Shown here one piece after another: positions 1 through 7,545 of a stretch of DNA of 64,000 nt (its first letter is position 1; every line of letters starts with the position of its first letter). The stretch is from a virus: positions 96,001 through 160,000 of IMG/VR virus record IMGVR_UViG_3300031414_000008. One strand, written 5' to 3'. The position numbers and the translations under genes are program-made. Below the pieces are notes generated by a model. That model searched no databases and was not told the DNA's origin. It saw only the letters and a program-made list of their open reading frames with translations.

Positions 1-2
1 GT

Positions 3-653
3 CGCCACGCTTATGTTGACCTTAACGATGTATTCGAAATGTATGCTCTGACTGGCCGCTTCCGTGACTGGGTTCGCCGTGTGGTTCGCCCACTGCTGTC
101 GACCGCGGTTATCGAGTACGCCAAAGAGGGTGCTGATCCACGTGAGAAGAACTACGCTATCGCTGAAGCGAACGCCGTAGCTCTGATCGCCACGCTGCCA
201 GAAGATAAGCGTCAGGCTGCCCGCCGTGCTATCCCTGCAGCTCCAGTCGTAGCGTCCCCGGCGCCGGCGGCACCGACCCGTCGTGAATCTCGTAACCACA
301 TCCGCATTCGCGTTCCGGTACACGGTATCTCTCACAACGCAATGTACGAAGCGACCTCGTTCGGTGCGAACCGCCCGCTGCGTCGTACCGCTGAGTACAA
401 CGAATGGCGTGAAGTGTTTGAGTCCTTCATTCCAGGTCGCCCGCGTTGGCTCGACAAGCGTCGTCCGTGCCACGTTGACATCAAGTTCGGTCACACCAAG
501 ACCTACGACACTGAGAACCTGATGAAGTCCGCCATCGACACCCTGTTCAAGGTGTGGCGTTCGAGCGACAACAGCGTTCGTTCTGGCTCCTTCACCGGTG
601 AAGTGGTGAACGCTAAACGTGACGGTTTCATCGAGATCGACGTTTACCAATAA
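3..653 (+). CDS. rusA: RusA-like Holliday junction resolvase with BRO-like N-terminal part (5' partial)
   Basis: Frame is open to the window edge. DTENLMKSAIDTL fits the RusA DxDNxxKxxxD motif; FRDWVRRVVRP resembles the end of a BRO-N domain. Confidence 0.6.
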   Translation, partial: RHAYVDLNDVFEMYALTGRFRDWVRRVVRPLLSTAVIEYAKEGADPREKNYAIAEANAVALIATLPEDKRQAARRAIPAAPVVASPAPAAPTRRESRNHIRIRVPVHGISHNAMYEATSFGANRPLRRTAEYNEWREVFESFIPGRPRWLDKRRPCHVDIKFGHTKTYDTENLMKSAIDTLFKVWRSSDNSVRSGSFTGEVVNAKRDGFIEIDVYQ

Positions 654-665
654 GCCGCTTCGCAT

Positions 666-675
666 GGTATAAGTA
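666..675 (+). promoter_or_regulatory. GGTATAAGTA promoter-like motif
   Basis: Intergenic copy of the recurrent motif, upstream of an RBS/ATG. Confidence 0.7.
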
Positions 676-733
676 TCTTGTAAACAAAAGGGATCACTTC
701 GGTGGTCCCTTACCTATTTCTAAGGAGACTTAT

Positions 734-1192
734 ATGAAACTTGCAGAACGTATCGAAAACCTTATCCAGGGCGCTTACGAAAAAGGCCAGACCACCTTCA
801 CCACTACCCTTCAGAACTTCGAAATGTTCGAACAGGATGAGATCGACGAGCTGATCACGGATCTCCGCACCCGCGGTTTCCATATCACTCACGATGATGT
901 CTATAATGACATGAGTGTCACCCTACCTACCTTCACTTTCGCTGAACGTGCCCGCATGATTGCGTATAACACGGACGCCGTCACTAAGAAGTACATCGAG
1001 CGTATCTCGAAGGACGTCATCACGTCGTCGAAGCTGGGTTACGTCGAAGAGGAAGTGGAGTTCTACGATATCGCTGATGCTACCGTCGTGGATAAACTTC
1101 ATGAACACTTCGCTCGCGAAGGCTTCAACGTTACCCGTACGGATGATGCTAAGCGTAGCTACATCAAGCTCACTCTCCGCTGGAACAAATGA
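734..1192 (+). CDS. hypothetical protein with two internal repeats
   Basis: GGAG RBS, 152 aa. Confidence 0.7.
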   Translation: MKLAERIENLIQGAYEKGQTTFTTTLQNFEMFEQDEIDELITDLRTRGFHITHDDVYNDMSVTLPTFTFAERARMIAYNTDAVTKKYIERISKDVITSSKLGYVEEEVEFYDIADATVVDKLHEHFAREGFNVTRTDDAKRSYIKLTLRWNK

Positions 1193-1560
1193 TGCACGAG
1201 TACGACCAGGAGCTGGACTGGCTCTATTTCCAATCGGCCTGCCTGCAGTTCAATCCCTATTCAGGACCGGGTCCGTGGGAGTGGGAGGTCTGCCATTGGT
1301 GGCCTTTCCTCTCTCCGTTCTCACAGTCCAGACTGGTAGCCTTAGCCCGTCTGGTCGGCATGGAACTCCACGTCTTCGGCCCAACTCTGGCCATCATCTA
1401 CAACCCTAAGAAGCCAAGCCGTTGGCAGATCATCAAGAGGATTTTCAATGACACCTTCAGAAGCCGCTCAAGCGAAAGCAGACGGGATCACAATGACGGC
1501 CCACAAGTGGATCGCGAAGATCGAACTGGACTGGGAACGTCAACTCGGGAGCGGTCGTGA
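1189..1560 (+). CDS. hypothetical protein
   Basis: ATGA overlap with the upstream gene. Confidence 0.55.
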   Translation: MMHEYDQELDWLYFQSACLQFNPYSGPGPWEWEVCHWWPFLSPFSQSRLVALARLVGMELHVFGPTLAIIYNPKKPSRWQIIKRIFNDTFRSRSSESRRDHNDGPQVDREDRTGLGTSTRERS

Positions 1561-1783
1561 TTTCCTTCGGGTCACCGGACTTGAAGATGAAGTTCAGGAA
1601 GTACAAGATATCGTGGTACGTCATTTCGTGAAGCTCGGGTACGGTTTCCAGATGGAGACCTACATGGGTGCGTGGGATGACTACGAAGGGTACTGTCTGC
1701 GGATCGCACCGTCGGCAGAAAAACATGAGCGTGGCATATTCGGCCGGCTCTTCATGCGCCTCTTCGGAGGCGAAGGCGCTTAG
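1448..1783 (+). CDS. hypothetical protein
   Basis: 111 aa, TAG stop. Confidence 0.6.
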   Translation: MTPSEAAQAKADGITMTAHKWIAKIELDWERQLGSGRDFLRVTGLEDEVQEVQDIVVRHFVKLGYGFQMETYMGAWDDYEGYCLRIAPSAEKHERGIFGRLFMRLFGGEGA

Positions 1784-1791
1784 GAGGAATC

Positions 1792-2004
1792 GTGGGCGTA
1801 TTAGATCAACTGAAGTTCGGTATTAAACACGCAAAAGAGCTAGGACATACTGAAGTGACCACTGATTTGATCCGCCAACTTCCCCCTGAACGGAAGGGAT
1901 CGGTCATCCGTGCACTTGAGGCTCTTGGCTTCACCGTGAAGTACAAGGGTCCGATGACCTTCAACTTTCCACACCACTTGATCAAACTGGGGAGACGCAA
2001 ATGA
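1792..2004 (+). CDS. hypothetical protein
   Basis: GGAGG RBS, GTG start. Confidence 0.65.
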   Translation: MGVLDQLKFGIKHAKELGHTEVTTDLIRQLPPERKGSVIRALEALGFTVKYKGPMTFNFPHHLIKLGRRK

Positions 2005-2483
2005 TCACTTACGTAAAAGGGAACGCACTCACCCTGGCTGAGAAGGGTAACTACGTTGCCTTTCTTCATGGATGCAACTGTTTGAACCGCATGGGTCGCG
2101 GCATTGCGAAGGAAGTTCGGGACCGCTTCCCGTCACTGTATCTGGCGGACCAGGCCACTAAGCAGGGCGATCGTCGCAAACTCGGACTGTTCTCCTTCCA
2201 CGACTATCCGTGGGGCCGCGGCTATAACCTGTACACGCAGTACTCTCACTCAGACGAGAACGATATGGTCGATTGGCCATCGGTACAGCGTGGTTTGGAG
2301 CGAGTGTTCCAAGACATGAAGGCTCGTACGCTGACGACGCTCATCATGCCAAAGATCTGCTCGGGATTAGCTCGTGGCAAGCTTACCGAAAAGGAAGCAT
2401 GGGACCGAGTAGAGACCATCCTCTATAAGGAATGTCCGGACGGTATCGACGTCGTTGTCGTGGAGTATGATCCTCGTGCGTAA
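2001..2483 (+). CDS. macrodomain (ADP-ribose binding/hydrolase, T4 Tk.4-like)
   Basis: YVKGNAL...HGCNCLNRMGRGIAKEVRDRFP macrodomain signature. Confidence 0.85.
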   Translation: MITYVKGNALTLAEKGNYVAFLHGCNCLNRMGRGIAKEVRDRFPSLYLADQATKQGDRRKLGLFSFHDYPWGRGYNLYTQYSHSDENDMVDWPSVQRGLERVFQDMKARTLTTLIMPKICSGLARGKLTEKEAWDRVETILYKECPDGIDVVVVEYDPRA

Positions 2484-2688
2484 ATCACCTCTCGCAATCG
2501 CCATCGGGATGTCCTTCTTCTCCGGCGTGCAGTTAGCGTCGTCCCGGGTCGGACCGATCTCTCCGTACCAGTCTGTCCTGAACAGGGAGATATACCATCG
2601 GATCATCGGTGGTAACTTCCGTCGTGGCCGTGACATGGGGAAGACGTTGAATTGGCCTAACAACTATCAAAATGGAAGAACGCTATGA
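2467..2688 (+). CDS. hypothetical protein
   Basis: GGAG RBS before ATG 2467; hydrophobic N-terminus. Confidence 0.45.
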   Translation: MILVRKSPLAIAIGMSFFSGVQLASSRVGPISPYQSVLNREIYHRIIGGNFRRGRDMGKTLNWPNNYQNGRTL

Positions 2689-3098
2689 TCGAGAGTCTCA
2701 AAGCCTTATTCAGGAAACAAGTGGAGCCATCCAAGGTCACCGTCAACGGGGTGAGCTACTCCGGCCGTAACGTCACGATCGATGGCGACAAGGTTATCGT
2801 GGATGGCAAAGTTGTTGAAGTGCCGGAAGGCCGGAAGATTGAAGTCACCATCGAAGGTGACCTGGAAAGGTTGCATCTGACAAACGGCGTCGTGTATGCC
2901 AAAGGTATGATTGGGGACATCGCGATGCAGAACGGGACGGTGAACGCCGAAGCTGACATCAAAGGTGAAGTCTCCATGGGCAACGGTAAGATCACCTGTC
3001 ATGATGTCTATGCTGACGTCAACCTGGATATGGGAAGTATTAAGGCATCAACGATTCACGGGAATGCCAGTACGAAGATGGGAAATATCTCGCGGTAA
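2685..3098 (+). CDS. beta-repeat hypothetical protein
   Basis: VTVNGVSYSGRNVTIDG and repeated G-x-V/I-x beta motifs. Confidence 0.65.
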   Translation: MIESLKALFRKQVEPSKVTVNGVSYSGRNVTIDGDKVIVDGKVVEVPEGRKIEVTIEGDLERLHLTNGVVYAKGMIGDIAMQNGTVNAEADIKGEVSMGNGKITCHDVYADVNLDMGSIKASTIHGNASTKMGNISR

Positions 3099-3101
3099 CG
3101 C

Positions 3102-3131
3102 TTGACGAGCCCTTCGGGGCTCTGATAGTAT
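3102..3131 (+). promoter_or_regulatory. sigma70-type promoter with hairpin in spacer
   Basis: TTGACG-18-TAGTAT; GAGCCC-TTCG-GGGCTC spans the spacer. Confidence 0.6.
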
Positions 3132-3156
3132 CTAACCTCATCTTTTAGGAGACATC

Positions 3157-3489
3157 ATGAACAAGACGATTGCACTTAAAGAGTTCAACAAGCGGGCTTC
3201 GGTCGTGCTGAATGAGAAAGAGTTTGATCTGATCGAAGACATGATGGCTTTCGATAAAGAGAAGGTTCAGGGTGCGTTCATCGCACTGACAGGACGTGAA
3301 GTCACCGTGGCAGACATCGATCTGGCCATTCTGATCATCGAACTGTCGAAAGCCCTGACGCCGCCGGTGCTAACTATCCGTGATCCACAGTTAGGTGGAT
3401 CTCCTAGCCTGCCGTGGCCGAATCGCAGTCCGATTACGCCATACACGCAGCGCTGGGATGACGGCAAGGTCATCTGCGGAGCACATTAA
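3157..3489 (+). CDS. hypothetical protein
   Basis: AGGAG RBS, 110 aa. Confidence 0.65.
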   Translation: MNKTIALKEFNKRASVVLNEKEFDLIEDMMAFDKEKVQGAFIALTGREVTVADIDLAILIIELSKALTPPVLTIRDPQLGGSPSLPWPNRSPITPYTQRWDDGKVICGAH

Positions 3490-3490
3490 T

Positions 3491-3567
3491 CGGTATGTAG
3501 CCCAGTCTGGTAGGGCGCCTGGTTTGGGACCAGGGGGTCGAGGGTTCAAATCCTTCCATACCGACCA
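3491..3567 (+). tRNA. tRNA-Pro(TGG)
   Basis: Cloverleaf, loop TT-TGG-GA, CCA end. Confidence 0.95.
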
Positions 3568-3568
3568 A

Positions 3569-3658
3569 GGGAGAGTGGCTGAGTGGTTTAAGGCAGCGGT
3601 CTTGAAAACCGTCGGCTCCGCAAAGGGTCCCTGGGTTCGAATCCCAGCTCTTCCGCCA
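3569..3658 (+). tRNA. tRNA-Ser(TGA)
   Basis: Loop CT-TGA-AA, long variable arm, CCA. Confidence 0.95.
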
Positions 3659-3660
3659 TC

Positions 3661-3735
3661 GGGGATTTAGTTTAGTTGGTAAAACGTCTGCCTTGCACGC
3701 AGAAGTCCAGGGTTCAAATCCCTGTTTCTCCACCA
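3661..3735 (+). tRNA. tRNA-Ala(TGC)
   Basis: Loop CT-TGC-AC, G3:U70, CCA. Confidence 0.9.
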
Positions 3736-3751
3736 ATTTAAGGGAGACATT

Positions 3752-4009
3752 ATGTCAAGAACGCGTCACCGCAGTAAGGGTAACGGAGGGATGGACGCTG
3801 GCGTCAAAGACGCTCAGAACCGTCACTCCAGAATGGATAAGCGAAAGCTTTCCGGGCTAACACTTGATGAATGTCTGTCATACGATACCTGGAACATAGA
3901 CGGCGATTACTACGACTTCGAGATTCTCGAAGAACCGCCAAAGCTCCTGGATCTGGGTAACGACAAGAAGTATAAGCGGCAAGCCAACGAAGGCTTCCAA
4001 TATTCATAA
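3752..4009 (+). CDS. hypothetical protein
   Basis: GGAG RBS, 85 aa. Confidence 0.6.
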   Translation: MSRTRHRSKGNGGMDAGVKDAQNRHSRMDKRKLSGLTLDECLSYDTWNIDGDYYDFEILEEPPKLLDLGNDKKYKRQANEGFQYS

Positions 4010-4050
4010 CTTCGATAGAGTCCTGGCTCTCTAAAACCGGGCGGATAAAC

Positions 4051-4521
4051 ATGATCCTTATCGCAGATGTGCAGTATGGTAACGTTAATTGGGCCGCAGG
4101 CATCCTCTACCAGAATTGGCAGAGTAAGACGCCTAGCGGCTCTTTTCGTTTTATAGCAGGTGATGTCGAAGAGTACGCGCCAGGTGAGTTCTATCGCCGT
4201 GAACTCCCAGCATTGCTAACTCTCGTTGAGAAGTACTCCCCGTCTATCGTAGTGGTTGATGGATACGTAGATCTTCCACAGGGACCTGGCCTCGGACGTC
4301 ACCTTCATAACGCGACCGGTCTGCCAGTCCTCGGGATTGCAAAAAAGAGATTTGAAGGAGTGCCTGATTCCTGGGGCGTTCTCCGGGGTAAGAGTGAAAA
4401 ACCACTCTGGGTCACTGCGATAGGGGTTGACAACCCACTGCAGATCGTGAGAGACTTACCTGGTAGACATCGCCGCCCAGACTGGGTCGTAGCGGTGGAT
4501 CAATTAGCTCGGGGGCTATAG
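4051..4521 (+). CDS. nfi: endonuclease V family protein
   Basis: ADVQY, YAPGEFYRREL, VVVDGY and GLGRHL...GIAK match EndoV catalytic motifs. Confidence 0.8.
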   Translation: MILIADVQYGNVNWAAGILYQNWQSKTPSGSFRFIAGDVEEYAPGEFYRRELPALLTLVEKYSPSIVVVDGYVDLPQGPGLGRHLHNATGLPVLGIAKKRFEGVPDSWGVLRGKSEKPLWVTAIGVDNPLQIVRDLPGRHRRPDWVVAVDQLARGL

Positions 4522-4587
4522 TATTAGCGGTCAACATACCGGCCTGTCACGCCGGAGTCGCGGGTTCGAATCCCGCTAGCCTCGCCA
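4512..4587 (+). tRNA. tRNA-Asp(GTC)
   Basis: Loop CT-GTC-AC, CCA. Confidence 0.95.
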
Positions 4588-4610
4588 TATTCTGGACCGA
4601 TAGTTTGTAG

Positions 4611-4687
4611 AGACTCTGATCAAGTCCATCTAAAACGCCCGGGGTCCAACCTGGGAAACGTGGCTGGGAACGCCACAGAGTCCGCCA
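4611..4687 (+). ncRNA. tRNA-like structured RNA (non-canonical)
   Basis: Acceptor AGACTCT/AGAGTCC-G-CCA; arm CCCGGG/CCTGGG; T-like arm GTGGC-TGGGAAC-GCCAC. Confidence 0.55.
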
Positions 4688-4693
4688 AACAAT

Positions 4694-4774
4694 GGGGGAA
4701 GTGCTGAAGGGCCTCTGCAGGGGGTTTAACCCGCTGAGATATCCCACTCTCGGCAGCACTGGGAGCCCCCGCCA
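4694..4774 (+). ncRNA. CCA-ended structured RNA
   Basis: GGGGG/CCCCC-G-CCA, GTGCTG/CAGCAC, two internal hairpins. Confidence 0.45.
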
Positions 4775-4893
4775 AACAAAGTCCTGCACCTATCCCATCC
4801 GCACGAGGTTGGGAGGGTTCCCAAAGCAGGCATGAACGCGCCCCGTCGCCCTGTCCTACCGGAAGGGTTATTCTAGACGGGGCTTCTTTTTAT

Positions 4894-4978
4894 GGAAGAG
4901 TGGCGGAGAGGTAACGCAGCACCCTGCTAAGGTGTGGTCCGCAAGGGCCCCTGGGTTCGAATCCCAGCTCTTCCGCCA
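4894..4978 (+). tRNA. tRNA-Ser(GCT)
   Basis: Loop CT-GCT-AA, variable arm, CCA. Confidence 0.95.
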
Positions 4979-4990
4979 TAAGAGGTGACT

Positions 4991-5500
4991 ATGCTCGAAC
5001 ATCTCAAGTCCCGTTATTACGACCCCGAACGCTACCCCACTCAGTGGATCACCGAAGACCGTCTCACGGTTCCTCTGCACGATTTCGGCGGTGTGATGCG
5101 AGGCTTTCTGCAGTACACGCCGGCGGCACCCAAGAAGGGTCCGTACCCGCCTGATCTGAAGTATTTCCCACTCTGTCCGTATTCGCATCGCCAGTTTGTC
5201 TGGGGCCTGGAACTCCCAGTCCGCGGCCACACGGTCTTCCTCACCGAATCGATCTTCAAGGCGGCCGCCCTGCACTCCGTCGGCGCCAATGCCTGGTCGA
5301 TCAACGGTTCAGACATCCACTCGACGCTCCGTCACCAAATGGATCTCCTCCCGTACCGGTTCATCTGCTGCGGCGACCAGGACAAACCCGGCGTGAAGTT
5401 TGCCCGAAATTTCCGTTACGGTTACGTCGGACCAGACTTGGACGAGCAGACGCCCGAGCAGCTCAAGCGAATCGTGGATTATTACGGAGCCCTTGACTAA
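4991..5500 (+). CDS. TOPRIM-domain (primase-like) protein
   Basis: VFLTESIFKAAAL (E) and CGDQDKPG (DxD) TOPRIM motifs. Confidence 0.7.
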   Translation: MLEHLKSRYYDPERYPTQWITEDRLTVPLHDFGGVMRGFLQYTPAAPKKGPYPPDLKYFPLCPYSHRQFVWGLELPVRGHTVFLTESIFKAAALHSVGANAWSINGSDIHSTLRHQMDLLPYRFICCGDQDKPGVKFARNFRYGYVGPDLDEQTPEQLKRIVDYYGALD

Positions 5501-5531
5501 CCCTATTGGCCTGTGCCATACTGCAGGCCTT

Positions 5532-5619
5532 GGGGAGTTAGACCGTAGTTGGTAGCGGGGCAGACTGTAAATCTGCTGCTCATAGAGCTCGGGTGGTTCG
5601 ACTCCATCACTCCCCACCA
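5532..5619 (+). tRNA. tRNA-Tyr(GTA)
   Basis: Loop CT-GTA-AA, CCA. Confidence 0.95.
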
Positions 5620-5620
5620 C

Positions 5621-5696
5621 GCAGCTGTAGCTCAGACGGTTAGAGCGCCGGTTTGAAAATCCGGAGGTCGATTGTTCAACTCAATCCGGCTGCACC
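5621..5696 (+). tRNA. tRNA-Phe(GAA)
   Basis: Loop TT-GAA-AA, CCA. Confidence 0.9.
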
Positions 5697-5703
5697 ACTC
5701 AAT

Positions 5704-5779
5704 TGGGGTTTCGCCAAGTTGGTTAAGGCCCGGGGCTTTGATCCCCGTATCACAGGTTCGAATCCTGTAACCCCTGCCA
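5704..5779 (+). tRNA. tRNA-Gln(TTG)
   Basis: Loop CT-TTG-AT, CCA. Confidence 0.95.
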
Positions 5780-5791
5780 CTGAGGTTCACT

Positions 5792-5974
5792 ATGGACTGG
5801 AATCAAGCTTCTTTTTTAGCTCTCTCATTAACTGGTTTAATCATCATGGCTTGGGGCTCTTTCGGCGTCTGGCTTCTCTGTGCTTTCATGAGCGTGACTC
5901 GTAAAATGATCCTCCTGCCGATCGGCATGGGTTCACTCGTCGTCTTCACCGCTATCAAGTTCTTCGGAGGCTGA
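5792..5974 (+). CDS. small membrane protein
   Basis: Two hydrophobic segments, GAGG RBS. Confidence 0.6.
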   Translation: MDWNQASFLALSLTGLIIMAWGSFGVWLLCAFMSVTRKMILLPIGMGSLVVFTAIKFFGG

Positions 5975-6172
5975 ATGTTCTTTGCGATACTCGGTTGGCT
6001 CATTCTCATGGTGCTGTCCATTGGTTTCATGATTGGCGGCCCCATAGCGGTCATCGTTGCGGTGGCGTTCTCCGGAGAACGACCGTGGCCTGCCATCATT
6101 CCATTCGGTCTCGGTGCGTTCTTCATCTACCTTCTGTGCACGCACGCCCCTTTCCATATCGTCTTCTCGTGA
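5975..6172 (+). CDS. small membrane protein
   Basis: Hydrophobic 65 aa, GGAGG RBS. Confidence 0.6.
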   Translation: MFFAILGWLILMVLSIGFMIGGPIAVIVAVAFSGERPWPAIIPFGLGAFFIYLLCTHAPFHIVFS

Positions 6173-6173
6173 T

Positions 6174-6183
6174 GGTATAAGTA
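6174..6183 (+). promoter_or_regulatory. GGTATAAGTA promoter-like motif
   Basis: Recurrent motif followed by AGG-TGTAG. Confidence 0.7.
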
Positions 6184-6193
6184 AGGTGTAGCA

Positions 6194-6264
6194 AGACAGA
6201 TAGTTATAGTTGGTGAAAACGCATCCATTTCGATGAGTCGGGGGTTCGAGTCCCCCTCTGTTTA
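6194..6264 (+). pseudogene. degenerate tRNA (possibly Glu-derived)
   Basis: Acceptor AGACAGA/TCTGTTT and a good T arm, but a 6-nt anticodon loop and no CCA. Confidence 0.55.
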
Positions 6265-6296
6265 GACGGTAAAATCTCCTTATTAGGAGAGCCACT

Positions 6297-7067
6297 ATGC
6301 AAAAACAATCATCTTTTATCTTCACGGCACTCGGTGGTCACGTTCTCCAGAACATTGCCGGTGCCAAGCTCGTAAAGTCTAAGGGTTTCCTCGAAGGGAC
6401 GGCGAAAGCCCTCCTCTCGGGAACACTTGCCCGTAATGCCCGACAGGGTACTCTGAAGGAAGGTCTGAAGTCGGCGGTGACGTCGGTGGCAGCACCTGAA
6501 GCTATCATGGCTCAGCGTCGTGCCTACGAGGCCGGGCGTTCACTCTACTCCCGTGCTCGTGCTCTGGGCGTGGATCCGAACAAGCTTACCAAACGTGATG
6601 CGGCGAAGCTCCGTATGGTGGCAGAAGGTCGTCTTCCGGATAAGCAGAAGACGACCCTGACTGAGAAGGCCCGGAGCATGATCGGTGGGAACACCCTTCC
6701 GCCGAAGACGATCAAGGCTGACATGATCAAGGAAGTAACGGAACGTCCGGTCGGTAAGCTTGGCCCTCACTCATCTATTGCGACGATCGGTGCGAACACG
6801 GCCGCGACAGTCCTCGAGCCAGGGGTTGGTCTGCTGAACGCCGCGAAGTTCGGTACCGAATCCAAGGCCTTCCAGAACACTGCTCTGGGCCGTTACGTTG
6901 AGAAGAACTTTGTTCACAAGCCACTCTCCGGGGCTTTCAAGTCCGGTGCTGAAGGTCAGGCCATGAACAAGCTCAAGAGCTTCGGCTACACGTACGGCGT
7001 CAACGGTGCAATCGGTAAAGCCATCGAGGGCGCCCACAAAGCCGGTACTAAAATGCCTAAGAAATAA
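6297..7067 (+). CDS. basic Ala/Gly/Lys-rich protein, possible head-internal protein
   Basis: AGGAG RBS; composition resembles the 8.0-11.9 kb block. Confidence 0.6.
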   Translation: MQKQSSFIFTALGGHVLQNIAGAKLVKSKGFLEGTAKALLSGTLARNARQGTLKEGLKSAVTSVAAPEAIMAQRRAYEAGRSLYSRARALGVDPNKLTKRDAAKLRMVAEGRLPDKQKTTLTEKARSMIGGNTLPPKTIKADMIKEVTERPVGKLGPHSSIATIGANTAATVLEPGVGLLNAAKFGTESKAFQNTALGRYVEKNFVHKPLSGAFKSGAEGQAMNKLKSFGYTYGVNGAIGKAIEGAHKAGTKMPKK

Positions 7068-7077
7068 GGTATAAGTA
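7068..7077 (+). promoter_or_regulatory. GGTATAAGTA promoter-like motif
   Basis: Recurrent motif followed by CTG-TGTAA. Confidence 0.7.
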
Positions 7078-7100
7078 CTGTGTAAAAGAGGAGTATTATC

Positions 7101-7163
7101 ATGGCAGGTTGGACACTAATCGTAGTATGTGCACTCGTGGCATACTGGATGTGGAATCAGTAA
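7101..7163 (+). CDS. 20-aa membrane peptide [20 protein letters not shown]
   Basis: GAGGAG RBS; first ORF after the promoter motif. Confidence 0.5.
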   Translation: MAGWTLIVVCALVAYWMWNQ

Positions 7164-7182
7164 GGAGCTTCGGCTCCTTTTT
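7164..7182 (+). terminator. short intrinsic terminator
   Basis: GGAGC-TTCG-GCTCC-TTTTT. Confidence 0.55.
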
Positions 7183-7192
7183 AGGAGACGCT

Positions 7193-7336
7193 ATGTACAA
7201 GCACAATCGCGGAGTGATCAAGGAGAGTGCCGTGAAGGCCATTCTCCAAGATCCTCTTTTTAGCCAGAAAGTGGAAAAGCCCAAGAAGGGCAAGGGCTCT
7301 TACCGTCGGGTTAAAGCGGTAAAGGCTTACCTTTAA
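7193..7336 (+). CDS. arfA: alternative ribosome-rescue factor A (47 aa)
   Basis: [38 protein letters not shown] aligns with the E. coli ArfA core; AGGAG RBS. Confidence 0.9.
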   Translation: MYKHNRGVIKESAVKAILQDPLFSQKVEKPKKGKGSYRRVKAVKAYL

Positions 7337-7481
7337 ACTTAATCACCCGGGTGGGGCTCAGGTACTTCTTCGCCTTCGCGGCTAGAGTCCCCACCGAACC
7401 TTCACGAATCGCCTTCGGCCCGGGCTTCCGGGAGTTGGCGGCAATGCTGTAGTTGCTGGCAAATCTTGCTGGATTCTCCAT
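7311..7481 (-). CDS. small basic protein convergent on arfA
   Basis: GGAGG RBS before ATG 7481, 56 aa. Confidence 0.5.
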   Translation of the reverse strand: MENPARFASNYSIAANSRKPGPKAIREGSVGTLAAKAKKYLSPTRVIKFKGKPLPL

Positions 7482-7545
7482 ACGTACCTCCAAATTGATT
7501 TTATCCCGTTCTCCCTGTATAGTCGAGGAAAACAGGAGACTCCCT

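Noticed and set aside
3395-3736. ORFs across tRNA clusters (also 5653-5904, 12912-13094, 13738-13932, 19437-19673, 33091-33276)
   Set aside because: They run through intact tRNA genes and have no recognisable protein features.
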